This document shows, piece by piece, positions 1-10,968 of a stretch of 32,000 nt of DNA (the stretch's first letter is position 1; every line of letters begins with the position of its first letter). Source of the DNA: Blochmannia endosymbiont of Camponotus modoc. Its GTDB lineage: Bacteria > Pseudomonadota > Gammaproteobacteria > Enterobacterales > Enterobacteriaceae. The stretch lies in the NCBI RefSeq assembly GCF_023585785.1, contig NZ_CP097765.1, forward strand, positions 1 through 32,000, in the 5' to 3' direction. The position numbers and the translations under genes were made by a program. The notes under the pieces are model-generated. The model worked only from the letters and a program-made list of their open reading frames with translations, searched no databases and had not been told where the DNA came from.

Positions 1-1
1 C

Positions 2-67
2 AACATTAAATACTAAAACAGGCGAATTAATATCCTAATTAATTCGCCTGTTTTAGTATTTAATGTT
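2..67. repeat. Perfect inverted repeat / stem-loop, 30-bp arms (2-31 and 38-67), 6-nt loop, just upstream of ddlA
   Basis: Left arm aacattaaatactaaaacaggcgaattaat is the exact reverse complement of right arm attaattcgcctgttttagtatttaatgtt; loop atccta. Confidence 0.93.
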
Positions 68-81
68 TCAAGGAATGGAGT

Positions 82-1191
82 ATGTCTACTAAATTATGCA
101 TTGGTATTATTTGTGGGGGTCGTTCTTTAGAACACGAGATTTCATTAAAATCAGCTATGTGTATTGCACAGTTTATTGATAAATTTCGTTTCGAGGCCAT
201 GATTTTATGGATAGACAAAAAAGGATGTTGGCATTTGAAAGATATCAACTTCCGTAATTTATCATATCATAAAAATGATAAAATTTCTATTTTTTTACAA
301 AACTGTCCTCATCCATTTAAATTTCATACTAAAAATATAAATTTTTTATTAAAATTTGATGTTATTTTCCCGGTAGTCCATGGAACACTAGGAGAAGATG
401 GTGCTTTGCAAGGTTTATTGTGTATGATGAATTTGCCATTTGTTGGGTCTAATGTTTTGAGCTCATCTGTAGGGATGAATAAAGACGTGTCTAAATGTTT
501 GTTGCGTGATGCGGGTTTATCCGTAGTACCATTTAGAACTGTTTTGGCTCAGGATCAAGATAATATAGATTTTGACTATTTTGTTTCTATCTTTGGATTA
601 CCTTTGTTTGTGAAGCCATCAAATCAAGGGTCATCGATAGGAGTATCGAAAGTGACTAAATGTGAAGATTTTAACTTAGCTTTAAACAAAGCTTTCTCTT
701 TTAGTAATAAAATATTAATAGAACCAGCTATTATTGGAAGAGAATTGGAATGCGCGGTATTGGGTAATGATAATCCAAAAATTAGTGTGTGTGGCGAAGT
801 TATATTATCAGATAATAATTTTTATACTTATCATGATAAATATGTGGAACATAAAGCACAGATCATGATACCTGCTTTAATTAATGATGCAATAAGTGAC
901 GATATTCGTCATATTGCTTTACGTGCATTTCAGGTGTTAAATTGTTCTGGAATGGCGCGGGTAGATTTTTTTTTAGGTTTGGATAATAAAATTTTTATTA
1001 ATGAAGTTAATACGTTACCTGGATTTACTTGCGATAGTATGTATCCTAAATTGTGGGAGGTAAGTGGATTAAATTTTCAAGAATTAATTACGAAATTGGT
1101 AGAATTAGCGCTAGATCTACATGATAAAAATAATTATTTTTATCATGTAGATGGCGCTGTATTTAAGTATTTTCGGCATGAGAGGATTTGA
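82..1191 (+). CDS. ddlA: D-alanine--D-alanine ligase (DdlA-type)
   Basis: 369-aa ORF; motifs [68 protein letters not shown] closely resemble DdlA; AAGGA about 7 nt before the ATG. Confidence 0.95.
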   Translation: MSTKLCIGIICGGRSLEHEISLKSAMCIAQFIDKFRFEAMILWIDKKGCWHLKDINFRNLSYHKNDKISIFLQNCPHPFKFHTKNINFLLKFDVIFPVVHGTLGEDGALQGLLCMMNLPFVGSNVLSSSVGMNKDVSKCLLRDAGLSVVPFRTVLAQDQDNIDFDYFVSIFGLPLFVKPSNQGSSIGVSKVTKCEDFNLALNKAFSFSNKILIEPAIIGRELECAVLGNDNPKISVCGEVILSDNNFYTYHDKYVEHKAQIMIPALINDAISDDIRHIALRAFQVLNCSGMARVDFFLGLDNKIFINEVNTLPGFTCDSMYPKLWEVSGLNFQELITKLVELALDLHDKNNYFYHVDGAVFKYFRHERI

Positions 1192-1246
1192 ACCTCTGAC
1201 CTCCGACACCCCATGACGGTGCGCTACCAAACTACGCTACATGCCG
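1173..1246 (-). tRNA. proL: tRNA-Pro(GGG), CCA not encoded
   Basis: Reverse complement CGGCATGTAGCGTAGTTTGGTAGCGCACCGTCATGGGGTGTCGGAGGTCAGAGGTTCAAATCCTCTCATGCCGA; acceptor CGGCATG/CATGCCG, T-loop TTCAAAT, anticodon GGG; near-identical to E. coli ProL as recalled. Confidence 0.93.
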
Positions 1247-1553
1247 TTTTAGGTTTATTATAAAAAAATTTGTGAAAGTGAATACATAACTGTAGATTTT
1301 CATTCTGAATATGATTGTTAGTTTTTGTTTGTGATCACTCAGATATTTTTATATATATTTGATGTTGTGTGTATTGGTATTTTATTATTTTATATTTAAT
1401 ATTTATTAAATTTAATTTTCATTAGTTATTATAAACATTTTATTGCATGGTTAATGTGTATGTATATTTATATTATATAAAGAAAACAAGTCTTAATTTA
1501 TAATTAAAGATGTATTTTTTAATTAGGTGTTATTTTTAAAATAAATTATGTTA

Positions 1554-1847
1554 TTAAACACGTGTAAAATCAATATGTATTAGTTTAGCCTTGAAAGGAT
1601 GATATTGTAGTTCTTGCACCTTGACTGTAATAGTTTGTTGATTTTCTATAAATAATAGAATAACATTATTTTTGTATAATTGTATTACAGCTTCAGGATG
1701 TAAGATATCGTTTTGATTCAATACAATGGGTACGCTTGGTTCCTGGCCTCTATTGTAGATAATAGCTGGACATTTGTTTTGTTTACGTAATCGTCTTGTT
1801 GCGCCTTTTTTGTGATAAATGCGTAAATTAGCTTTGATTGTTAACAT
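1554..1847 (-). CDS. rplY: 50S ribosomal protein L25
   Basis: 97-aa ORF; MLTIKANLRIYHKKGATRRLRKQNKCPAIIYNRG and C-terminal VQELQYHPFKAKLIHIDFTRV typical of short L25. Confidence 0.93.
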   Translation of the reverse strand: MLTIKANLRIYHKKGATRRLRKQNKCPAIIYNRGQEPSVPIVLNQNDILHPEAVIQLYKNNVILLFIENQQTITVKVQELQYHPFKAKLIHIDFTRV

Positions 1848-2750
1848 TATTGTAGTACCTAATTAAATATTTTTATTAATAATTTGATTATAATATATCT
1901 TTCAATTTGAAACGATGATTCCTTTTATCACATAATATAATATGAATAACCATTTATATAATTAAATACTACATACCAATAAATGTTATTTAGTATTTTT
2001 CTGTCGTGATGAATTTTCAAGTGAATCATTTTAACCGATTAATATATTCAACAATGAAAGTAATTGAAAATTTAATATTTATACTTTATCAGTTTTATTT
2101 GATTATATTACTCTGATATATTTTATTTGTATTAAGTATATTAACATGTGAAAATCATAAAAATTCTGATGGTTTTATAGCCCTATACTCGTGATATTCA
2201 TTGAATTTGATATCTTATTTTATTTTAAAGTATTTATAGTATCATAAAATTTATAAACAATGTAATAGAATAAATATTTTCAATGATTTGATCAATTTTT
2301 AAAATTTTTATTATTTGTAAAATATTTTCGATAGAAAAAATATATTAAAAATAAATGAGTAAATACAATTTTATTTCAATATTTTTAATATATTAATGGA
2401 TACATAATTTATTTGTAGATTACAAAATTATCAATGTGATTTACAGAGATATTTATGTATAAACATGAGAATACATTATTGATGTTCTTGCATAAATTAT
2501 AATATTTATTGTTTACAATATGAAAGTGTTGATAATGTTTAGGTGTTTTTTATAACAAATGCAATTATATAAGAATATCTAAGTAATTTAAAAAATTAAT
2601 ATACTTGATTGTGGGTTTGTAATAATAAAATATCCATTTTGAATATTAATCAATGTATACTTTGATTTAATTAAAATGTTTCTAAATTGGTGATAAGTAC
2701 AATATATTACGTGCAAAGTTTTTCATGAGTGCGTTTTTAGAGAAAGTTAT

Positions 2751-3416
2751 ATGTCTATATTAACACAAGAAGCGCTATTAGTACGTGATGCTTTATTAGT
2801 GCGAGGATTAGAAAATCCATTAATTGAGCTGAATATTAATCATCAAATACGTAAACGTCGTATTGAAGATCATATGAGAGCTATTGTGCGTCTTCTTAAT
2901 CTCGATTTAGAACATGATAGTTTATTAAATACCCCTAAACGTATAGCTAAGATGTATATAGAAGAAATTTTCTCAGGTTTAGATTATTCAAATTTTCCTA
3001 AAATTGCAATTATTCAGAATACAATGCAAATAAATGAGATGATAACAGTGAGGGGTATTAATATCACTAGTACTTGTGAACATCATTTCATTGTTTTTAA
3101 TGGTAAAGTGACTATTTCTTATATTCCAGAAAAAAATGTGATTGGTTTGTCAAAAATAAATAGAATAGTTCAATTTTTTTCTAAAAGACCACAGTTACAG
3201 GAACGATTAACAAAACAAATTTTTTTAGCGTTGCAAACCTTACTTAATACAGATAATGTGGCAATATTTATTGATGCAGTACATTATTGTGTTAAAGCTA
3301 GGGGTATTCATGATGTTAGCAGCACTACAACTACTACTGCGCTAGGGGGGTTATTTAAATCTAATACGAATACTAGAAAAGAATTTCTGCATGCAATTAT
3401 GTATTGTAATCATTGA
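2751..3416 (+). CDS. folE: GTP cyclohydrolase I
   Basis: 221-aa ORF; [55 protein letters not shown] motifs. Confidence 0.95.
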   Translation: MSILTQEALLVRDALLVRGLENPLIELNINHQIRKRRIEDHMRAIVRLLNLDLEHDSLLNTPKRIAKMYIEEIFSGLDYSNFPKIAIIQNTMQINEMITVRGINITSTCEHHFIVFNGKVTISYIPEKNVIGLSKINRIVQFFSKRPQLQERLTKQIFLALQTLLNTDNVAIFIDAVHYCVKARGIHDVSSTTTTTALGGLFKSNTNTRKEFLHAIMYCNH

Positions 3417-4361
3417 TTTATATTTTTTATTTAAAATTTAATAAGGTTATTATATATATCATAGAATATGAATTCTAAAGACATAGCAATCTGCTTATAG
3501 TATTTGTTTAAGTATTTGCAATGGAAACGGAATGTTTGATGCTTATTTTAATAGATATTAGAATCGTTTTAAAGATTTGTTTTTATTGATATAGAGCTGT
3601 AACTGTATATCAGAATATAGATTTAAGTATTTTTATAGCTTTTTATTAAATAAATTGATCTAAGAATTTATTTTTTTATGATTAAATGTGTCAAAAAAAA
3701 GATCATGAAAATTGAAATTTCAGTGTAATTGAATTTATTTGTGTTAATTAATAATATGGATTTAATATCTATCTATATCCATCTTATGTTTTGGGATCGT
3801 AGTTGAGGAGTGTTGTATTTAGAGATTATATTTTGAATGGAAACATGAATGAAGTATAGTTAGAAACCAAAATTTTTTAAATTATATAAGAATATTGATA
3901 TGAATGGTGCATGTAAATAAAAATAAATTTTATCAAGTAATAGTCTTGTGAATGAAAGGAATGATTATGATTAAAATTATTTAATATTTAATTTTTGTTT
4001 ATTGTCATTGATTTTATTATAATTATTGCGTTGTAGACGGCATATTTTAATATAGTGTTGTTTCAATTTCAAAATGTTTTAACAGAATTAAATAGTATTA
4101 TCTGTTGTTGTATCTTAATGAGATTAAGAAATATTTTTGTTTATCTGTGTTAAGGTATTGAATGTAACATTACATTTATGTATATGTAAAATTTTTTCAA
4201 GTGATATTGTTATTAAACAAGAGCCTATATCATATATATTTTCATTTTTGATAATAAATTCACGTATAGATTTCATTGTGTAACGTATGCACTAATACAG
4301 TTAGTTGTTTTAGCGTCGTTATTGTGTGTTTATGTTAAATAGTGATTTGTGCTGTGTGTCT

Positions 4362-6029
4362 TCATACATTATTATCCGGAAGGCGTTCATTTAATTGAGA
4401 TTTATTTGTTATAGATGCAATTTGGTCGGGATGGATTCGAGAAAAAATTATTTTGAATTTGTTAATTCGATGATTTAATAAAGGCATAGAAAGACTGTCC
4501 CAGGTAAGACGAGTGTTGAGAAAACATTCACTATAATTAGCTAATTTAGGCAAAACAGGTTTCAAATAGATCATCAGAACACGAAACAACTGAATACCCA
4601 TAGAATAAATAGATAACGCCTCTTGTCTACGGTCTATTTTTTTTGCGACATGCCACGGAGCATGTTTATCTATGTAACGATTAGCTTCATCTGCTAATTT
4701 CATAATTTCCCGCATTGCGTAGTTAAACTCTCTTTTTTGAAATAATTTCCCTATATAATGTCTGGATTCAATAAACATATTATATATAACTGGATGCGTT
4801 AATGTATTTGATAAGTGGCCATTATAATATTGATGTATAAATCCAGAATTTCTAGATGCTAAATTTAATACTTTATTAATAACATCTGAATTTACTCTAG
4901 TAATAAAATCTGATAAGTTCAAATCTATGTCGTTAGTATGAGATGAAAGTTTCGTGGCATAATAATATCTTAAATAATCTGGGTTTAAACATGATAAGTA
5001 AGAACTTACGTTGATGCAAGTCCCTTTAGATTTTGATATTTTAGATCCATTTAAAGTAACATGCCCATGAACAAATATATTAGTTGGTTTTCGAAATTGA
5101 CTACCTGACAAAACAGCTGGCCAAAATAAACAATGAAAGTAAATAATATCTTTACCTATAAAATGATATAAGTCTGTTTTGGAATTCGTGCTCCAAAAGT
5201 CGTTAAAAGATATGTTTTTATTTTTTTTGCATAAATTTTTAAAGGTACCCATATATCCAATAGGGGCATCCATCCATACATAAAAATATTTTTCTGAAGA
5301 ATTAGGAATCTTAAATCCAAAATAAGGAGCGTCTCTAGAAATGTCCCATTGTTTTAAACCTAATTTAAACCATTCTTCTACTTTGTTGGCTACTTCTTTT
5401 TGTATGCTTCCTGATCGGATCCATGTACGCAATGTATCAGTAAAAGCTGGTAAATCAAAAAAGAGATGTTCGGATTTGCGTATTATCGGAGATGTTCCAG
5501 AAATAACTGATTTGGGGTTTATAAGCTCTAAAGAGGTATAAATAGTACCGCATGTTTCACAATTATCTCCATATTGATCATCTTTTTTGCATTTTGGACA
5601 TATGCCTTTAACAAATCGATCTGGCAAAAACATATTTTTTTGAGCATCATATAATTGAGAAATAAATTTAGATTTGATGAATCCACGTGTTTTTAATCGA
5701 AAATAAATGTCATGTAGTAATTCACGAGTTTCTTCGCTGTGAGTAGAATAGTAGTTATCATAGCTAATTCCGAATTTGTAGCAATCTCGTTGATGTTCTT
5801 GTCGTATTTGGGCAATCATTTGTTCTGGCGCTATATTAAGTTGTTGTGATTTTAACATAATGGCAGTTCCATGGGCATCATCTGCACAAATAAAGTATAC
5901 ACAATTGCCTTGCATGCGTTGATAACGAACCCAGATATCCGCTTGTATATGTTCTAACATGTGTCCAATATGAAGTGAACCATTAGCGTAAGGTAGGGCA
6001 CAAGTAACTAGCATTTTTTTTTTAGTCAT
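4362..6029 (-). CDS. metG: Methionine--tRNA ligase, short form without C-terminal tRNA-binding/dimerisation domain
   Basis: 555-aa ORF; [22 protein letters not shown], zinc knuckle [24 protein letters not shown]; ends after the anticodon-binding region. Confidence 0.95.
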   Translation of the reverse strand: MTKKKMLVTCALPYANGSLHIGHMLEHIQADIWVRYQRMQGNCVYFICADDAHGTAIMLKSQQLNIAPEQMIAQIRQEHQRDCYKFGISYDNYYSTHSEETRELLHDIYFRLKTRGFIKSKFISQLYDAQKNMFLPDRFVKGICPKCKKDDQYGDNCETCGTIYTSLELINPKSVISGTSPIIRKSEHLFFDLPAFTDTLRTWIRSGSIQKEVANKVEEWFKLGLKQWDISRDAPYFGFKIPNSSEKYFYVWMDAPIGYMGTFKNLCKKNKNISFNDFWSTNSKTDLYHFIGKDIIYFHCLFWPAVLSGSQFRKPTNIFVHGHVTLNGSKISKSKGTCINVSSYLSCLNPDYLRYYYATKLSSHTNDIDLNLSDFITRVNSDVINKVLNLASRNSGFIHQYYNGHLSNTLTHPVIYNMFIESRHYIGKLFQKREFNYAMREIMKLADEANRYIDKHAPWHVAKKIDRRQEALSIYSMGIQLFRVLMIYLKPVLPKLANYSECFLNTRLTWDSLSMPLLNHRINKFKIIFSRIHPDQIASITNKSQLNERLPDNNV

Positions 6030-6579
6030 AATAGTTTTGTGGATTTAAAATTTAAATATATCGTATGACGACATATACTGTAGATTATTAAAATGTAATT
6101 GTTTTTTATAATGCATATCATGAATGCACAGTATTTATTATATATATATTAATGATAATTAAAATTGTATTTGGTTATTTTTAATAGTTTTTATTAATGT
6201 TTTAATATTGTTGTAATGGCAGTTTTATATTCAATAAAAATTCTATTTTATAATTTATTACACATTTTAAATGTAATTTAGCACGGTGTAATAATAGTTT
6301 TTTATGATATATAAAATAACATATATGTATACGGTCCGCCTTGAGGATATTTTTTAAATAAATATTCACAATTGGCTCGGTTAATTACGATTTTATAACA
6401 TTGTTCAAGCTGATTGTTGCTTTACGTTTTGTATTCATATTTAAATATTATTTAAAATTTTTTATTTTTATATTGAAGTATTTATGTATAATATTTTCAT
6501 ATTATGAACCAGATACAAATTAGTCATTATTTAACTATTATTAAAATATATAACATACTTATACCACAGAGGAGTAGAT

Positions 6580-7992
6580 ATGTTCAAACAACAAAAGATT
6601 GGTATTATCGGTATGGGTGTTATGGGTCGAAATTTAGCATTAAACATTGAAAGCAAAGGTTATTGTGTTGCTATTTACAATCGTTCTAAGGATAAAACCG
6701 ATTCAGTTGTTACTACTAATCCAAAAAAAAATATCATCCCATGTTATTCAATAGAGGAATTCGTACTATCCTTAAATAAACCTCGTTTTATATTTTTAAT
6801 GATCACATCAGGAACGCATATCGATAATGTTATAAAAATATTGTCCCCTTATATGGATCCGGGAGATATTTTAATTGATGGAGGTAATTCATTTTATAAA
6901 GATACTATGCGTCGTAATCTTGAGTTATCAAAAAAGGGGATAAATTTGATTGGAACTGGTATTTCTGGGGGAGAAGAAGGAGCTTTAAAAGGGCCATCGA
7001 TTATGCCCGGAGGGCAAATTGATGCATATAAAATGGTTGAGTCGGTCTTTAAAAAAATTGCTGCTCGTGTTAATGATGAAACTTGTGTTGCATATATAGG
7101 ACCAAATGGATCTGGTCATTATGTCAAGATGATACATAACGGCATAGAGTACGGAGATATGCAAATAATTGCTGAAATATATTTTTTTATCAAAAATATA
7201 TTTCATTTAAGTCACGAAGCATTAGGAGAAATTTTTAATAAATGGAATCAAGGCGAATTAAATAGTTATCTTATTGAAATAACAAGTCGTATCTTCGTTA
7301 GAAAAGATGCTAATAATCATGGTTACATTCTTGATTCTATATTAGATGTGGCTGGAAATAAGGGCACTGGAGCATGGGCTAGTCAAGATGCGATTGATTT
7401 AGGAATACCATTAAGTATGATTACTGAATCAGTGTTTTCTCGTTATATGTCTGTACTTAAAAAACAACGTCTTACAGCATCAAAAATATTGTTAGGACCT
7501 AATAGAAAAAATTGTTTTGAGAGCAAATGTTTATACCTAGAAAAAGCGCGAAAAGCATTGTACCTTAGTAAGATTATTTTATATGCGCAAGGTTTTTATC
7601 AATTGAAAATTGCGTCTGATAAGTATCATTGGGATTTAAATTACAAACAAATTGCTCAAATTTTTCGTGCAGGATGTATAATTAGATCAAAATTTTTACA
7701 AAAAATTATTGATATTTATTCCCAAACTCCAGATATTACTAATTTGTTATTGTCTCCGTATTGTGTCAATGTCGCGAATGATTACCAAAAAATGTTGAGA
7801 GAGGTGGTAGTGTGCGGCATTAAATACGGTATTCCAATGCCTACTTTATCTGCTGCTATAGCGTACTATGATAGTTATCGCAGTAATGTGTTACCTGCAA
7901 ATCTTATTCAAGCTCAAAGAGATTGTTTCGGAGCACATACTTATACGTGTTTTGATAAAAAAGGTACGTTTCACACTGATTGGTTAAAATAA
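6580..7992 (+). CDS. gnd: 6-phosphogluconate dehydrogenase
   Basis: 470-aa ORF; [64 protein letters not shown]; GAGGAG upstream of ATG. Confidence 0.96.
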   Translation: MFKQQKIGIIGMGVMGRNLALNIESKGYCVAIYNRSKDKTDSVVTTNPKKNIIPCYSIEEFVLSLNKPRFIFLMITSGTHIDNVIKILSPYMDPGDILIDGGNSFYKDTMRRNLELSKKGINLIGTGISGGEEGALKGPSIMPGGQIDAYKMVESVFKKIAARVNDETCVAYIGPNGSGHYVKMIHNGIEYGDMQIIAEIYFFIKNIFHLSHEALGEIFNKWNQGELNSYLIEITSRIFVRKDANNHGYILDSILDVAGNKGTGAWASQDAIDLGIPLSMITESVFSRYMSVLKKQRLTASKILLGPNRKNCFESKCLYLEKARKALYLSKIILYAQGFYQLKIASDKYHWDLNYKQIAQIFRAGCIIRSKFLQKIIDIYSQTPDITNLLLSPYCVNVANDYQKMLREVVVCGIKYGIPMPTLSAAIAYYDSYRSNVLPANLIQAQRDCFGAHTYTCFDKKGTFHTDWLK

Positions 7993-8241
7993 ATATAAGT
8001 AGAATATTGTTTCAATATTAATTAAATAATTTACGTAACAACCAATACCCCATTATATGTGGAATATTGAAGATATCAAAATTTATTAAGTTTTTATTCA
8101 TGAGGACTGTTTTTTGTTGTATGTATAATAAATTAATTGGTATTCCTATAAATATATTAATATTGATTATATATATTATTACTAATAAAATGAGTAATTG
8201 TTTGGTTTCATTATATTATTTTATGTGTATAATGTTATTGT

Positions 8242-8883
8242 TTATTGGTTTAATTTGTTATCATTATTTCGAATTTTTAATTCCTTGATGATTGCATTAA
8301 AACTTACTGATTTATGTTGTAATAGGACTAATAAATGATAAATGAGATCTGATGCTTCATTAATGAGTTCTTTTGTATTACAACAGGAAATTGCTGCAAG
8401 GGCAGTTTCTAGTCCTTCTTCACCAACTTTTTGAGCAATGCGTTTGACACCACTAGCATACAAACGAGATGTATAGGATGTATTAATGAGACGGGATGAT
8501 ATATTTTTTTTTGAAGATATAATGTTTTCTAATTGATGAAGAAAACTTAATTCTGCTATCCCAGGATGGAAGCAGCTACTAGTATTATTATGACAAGTAG
8601 GTCCATGAGGTAAAGCGAAAATTAATAACGCATCCTGATCACAATCTGAATACCAATTGATCAATTTTAATATATTTCCAGATTTTTCTCCTTTAGTCCA
8701 TAATCTATTTTTGCTGCGTGAAAAAAAAGTAATATGCTTAGTTTGTTCTGTTTTTATCATTGATTCTTTATTCATATGTCCTAGCATTAATACTTCTCCT
8801 GATTCAGCATGTTGTATGATAGCAGGCATTAGACCGTGATTTTTAGTCCAATTTAATTGCTGATGCTGATTTTTAATTAACAT
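8242..8883 (-). CDS. hisI: Bifunctional phosphoribosyl-AMP cyclohydrolase / phosphoribosyl-ATP pyrophosphatase
   Basis: 213-aa ORF; [31 protein letters not shown], and C-terminal [13 protein letters not shown]...[13 protein letters not shown]. Confidence 0.95.
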   Translation of the reverse strand: MLIKNQHQQLNWTKNHGLMPAIIQHAESGEVLMLGHMNKESMIKTEQTKHITFFSRSKNRLWTKGEKSGNILKLINWYSDCDQDALLIFALPHGPTCHNNTSSCFHPGIAELSFLHQLENIISSKKNISSRLINTSYTSRLYASGVKRIAQKVGEEGLETALAAISCCNTKELINEASDLIYHLLVLLQHKSVSFNAIIKELKIRNNDNKLNQ

Positions 8884-9653
8884 AATCTAATTTTTATCCC
8901 TTCTTTATCTAAAAATTGTTTCAATTTATGAATGTCAATAATTTGCTTATGAAATACCGAAGCTGCTAACGTTCCATCTACATTGGCATCACGAAAGGCT
9001 TCTAAGAAATGTTGATAGGTACCAGCTCCGCCAGAAGCTATAAGTGGTACTTTACAATGTTTTCTAATATTCCGTAATTGATCTAAATCATAACCATTTT
9101 TCGTTCCATCTTGATTCATCATATTTAATACTATTTCTCCAGCTCCATATTCTTGTACTTTTTTAACCCAATCCAATGTTTGCCATGTTGTGATCTTTGT
9201 ACGAGCACTGTCCCCAGTATAGCATTTTACTTGGTAAATCTTTTTTTTAGGATTATGCCAGGTATCGATGCTAACTACAACGCATTGTGTGCCTAAATGG
9301 TCAGCTAGTTCTTGGATTAGCATTGGGTTAATTAAAGCAGGAGAATTAATTGAAATTTTGTCTGCTCCAGACGCAAGAATTTGTTTAGCTTGTTTTAATG
9401 TACTTATGCCTCCAGCAACACAGAATGGTATATTTATTGCTTTAGCAATCTGAGAAATCCATCTCTTATTCACTACTTGATCATTAGGTGATGCTGTGAT
9501 GTCATAAAATACTAATTCATCGGCTCCTGATTTTGCATATCTATTTGCTAATTCTAAAATATCTCCTACAATTTTGTGATCTTTAAATTGTATTCCTTTG
9601 ATTACTTTGTTATTAGCTACATCAAGACAAGGAATTATTCGTTTTGCCAACAT
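8877..9653 (-). CDS. hisF: Imidazole glycerol phosphate synthase subunit HisF
   Basis: 258-aa ORF; [42 protein letters not shown]; overlaps hisI and hisA. Confidence 0.96.
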   Translation of the reverse strand: MLAKRIIPCLDVANNKVIKGIQFKDHKIVGDILELANRYAKSGADELVFYDITASPNDQVVNKRWISQIAKAINIPFCVAGGISTLKQAKQILASGADKISINSPALINPMLIQELADHLGTQCVVVSIDTWHNPKKKIYQVKCYTGDSARTKITTWQTLDWVKKVQEYGAGEIVLNMMNQDGTKNGYDLDQLRNIRKHCKVPLIASGGAGTYQHFLEAFRDANVDGTLAASVFHKQIIDIHKLKQFLDKEGIKIRLC

Positions 9654-10375
9654 GATATAGCCTCATCGATAGTAAATGTATTTTCTAAAAAAGCACGACC
9701 AATAATGATTCCGGCTACTCCAGAAGAACGTAATTTAGATATTTCTGTTAAATTATTAACGCCTCCAGACGATTGAAATGCTATTCGTGGCCAAGAATGA
9801 CATATTGATCGATATAAAGATATATTGCTACCTAACAAAGTTCCATCTTTGGAGATATCTGTGCAAATAACATGTTTTAAGCCTACAGTATAATATTCTT
9901 CTATTATTTGTTCTAATTGCAAATCAGTTTCTTTTTGCCAACCGTAAATAGCAACTTTTCTATTTTCTTCAGAATAAACGTGTATATCTACCGCTAAAAC
10001 TAAAGTATTTGGATCAAAATATTCAAACCATTTTTTTACTGTCTTTGGCTGTGTAACTGCTATAGAACCTAATACTATACGTGTTGCTCCCGATTTTAAT
10101 AGAATTTCTACATCTGCAGCGTTACGTATACCTCCTCCTATTTGTATTTTAGATAGAGGAGTAGTTTCTTTTATTAATTGACTAATTAATAAACTTTGTC
10201 TTTTTGATGGATTTTTTGCTCCATCTAGATCAACTAGATGTATCATTTTTGCTCCTTGTCGTATGTATTTTTTCAATAATGATATGGGTTCTCCGTAATT
10301 AGTTTGCATACAATAAGATCCTTGATACAGTCTAACTATATTTCCGTTAATAATATCTAGCGCAGGAATAATCAC
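9635..10375 (-). CDS. hisA: 1-(5-phosphoribosyl)-5-[(5-phosphoribosylamino)methylideneamino]imidazole-4-carboxamide isomerase
   Basis: 246-aa ORF; [46 protein letters not shown]. Confidence 0.95.
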   Translation of the reverse strand: MIIPALDIINGNIVRLYQGSYCMQTNYGEPISLLKKYIRQGAKMIHLVDLDGAKNPSKRQSLLISQLIKETTPLSKIQIGGGIRNAADVEILLKSGATRIVLGSIAVTQPKTVKKWFEYFDPNTLVLAVDIHVYSEENRKVAIYGWQKETDLQLEQIIEEYYTVGLKHVICTDISKDGTLLGSNISLYRSICHSWPRIAFQSSGGVNNLTEISKLRSSGVAGIIIGRAFLENTFTIDEAISCWQNE

Positions 10376-10378
10376 AAA

Positions 10379-10968
10379 TTATATCTCCAAAAAATTTTTT
10401 ACTAATTGTTGCCCAGGCATTCCTGATTTTTCTGGATGAAATTGTACACCAAAAAAATTTTTATATTTTATAACTGAACTAAATAATTGTCCGTAATTTG
10501 TTTGAGAAATTGTTACAGAACATATTTCTATGAAATAACTATGTGCAAAATAAAAATAATCATTTTCTTTTATACCATAAAATAAAAAATGTTTTTTCGG
10601 AATAGTAATAGTATTCCACCCCATATGTGGCAGGGGAAAACCGTGGTATTGCATACGTTTAACAGGTGTATTAATAATGTTTAAAGTGTTTACACCATTA
10701 TTTTCAGAACTTATGGATCCAAATAACTGCATTCCTAAACAAATACCCAATATTGGTTTAGTACAATTTTGTATTAATGTAATTAGATTTTTTTTTTTAA
10801 TTGTTTCATCGCAGATGAAGCAGCGCCTACTCCCGGTAAAAACAGTTTGTCCGCCTGAGATATAACATCGGCTCTGTTACTTATTATTGGGTTGTGTCCT
10901 AATCTATGCAGCATGGTTTTTACAGATAATAAATTAGAGCAGTTGGTGTCTATAATAACTATATTCAT
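10379..10968 (-). CDS. hisH: Imidazole glycerol phosphate synthase glutaminase subunit HisH, interrupted by a frameshift at an A11 tract
   Basis: N-terminal part 10783-10968 ([24 protein letters not shown]...[20 protein letters not shown]) and C-terminal part 10379-10750 plus upstream in-frame codons ([23 protein letters not shown]...[10 protein letters not shown]) are in different frames joined at 10788-10798. Adding one A gives [18 protein letters not shown], which aligns gap-free with recalled E. coli HisH. Confidence 0.9.
10788..10798 (-). other. A11 homopolymer (T11 on + strand) at the hisH frameshift
   Basis: Coding-strand sequence CAATT-AAAAAAAAAAA-TCTAATTAC; reads CAA TTA AAA AAA AAA ATC TAA. 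Confidence 0.95.

Noticed and set aside
2-67. The ddlA-proximal palindrome as an ordinary rho-independent terminator
   Set aside because: GC content of the stem is low except the ggcg/cgcc core, the stem is unusually long and perfect, and no U-run follows on the + strand; kept as an unexplained structure.
60-248. 62-aa minus-strand ORF
   Set aside because: Lies wholly over the palindrome and antisense to the start of ddlA; no family resemblance; chance ORF.
5341-5541. 66-aa + strand ORF inside metG
   Set aside because: Antisense to a well-conserved CDS with no recognisable product.
6985-7206. 73-aa minus-strand ORF inside gnd
   Set aside because: Antisense to a conserved enzyme; no motif or RBS support.
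9268-9776. Short ORFs antisense to hisF/hisA
   Set aside because: Overlap strongly conserved his genes; no independent evidence.
10677-10865. 62-aa + strand ORF across the hisH frameshift tract
   Set aside because: Antisense to hisH; the T11 run gives a Phe run; hisH homology on the minus strand is decisive.
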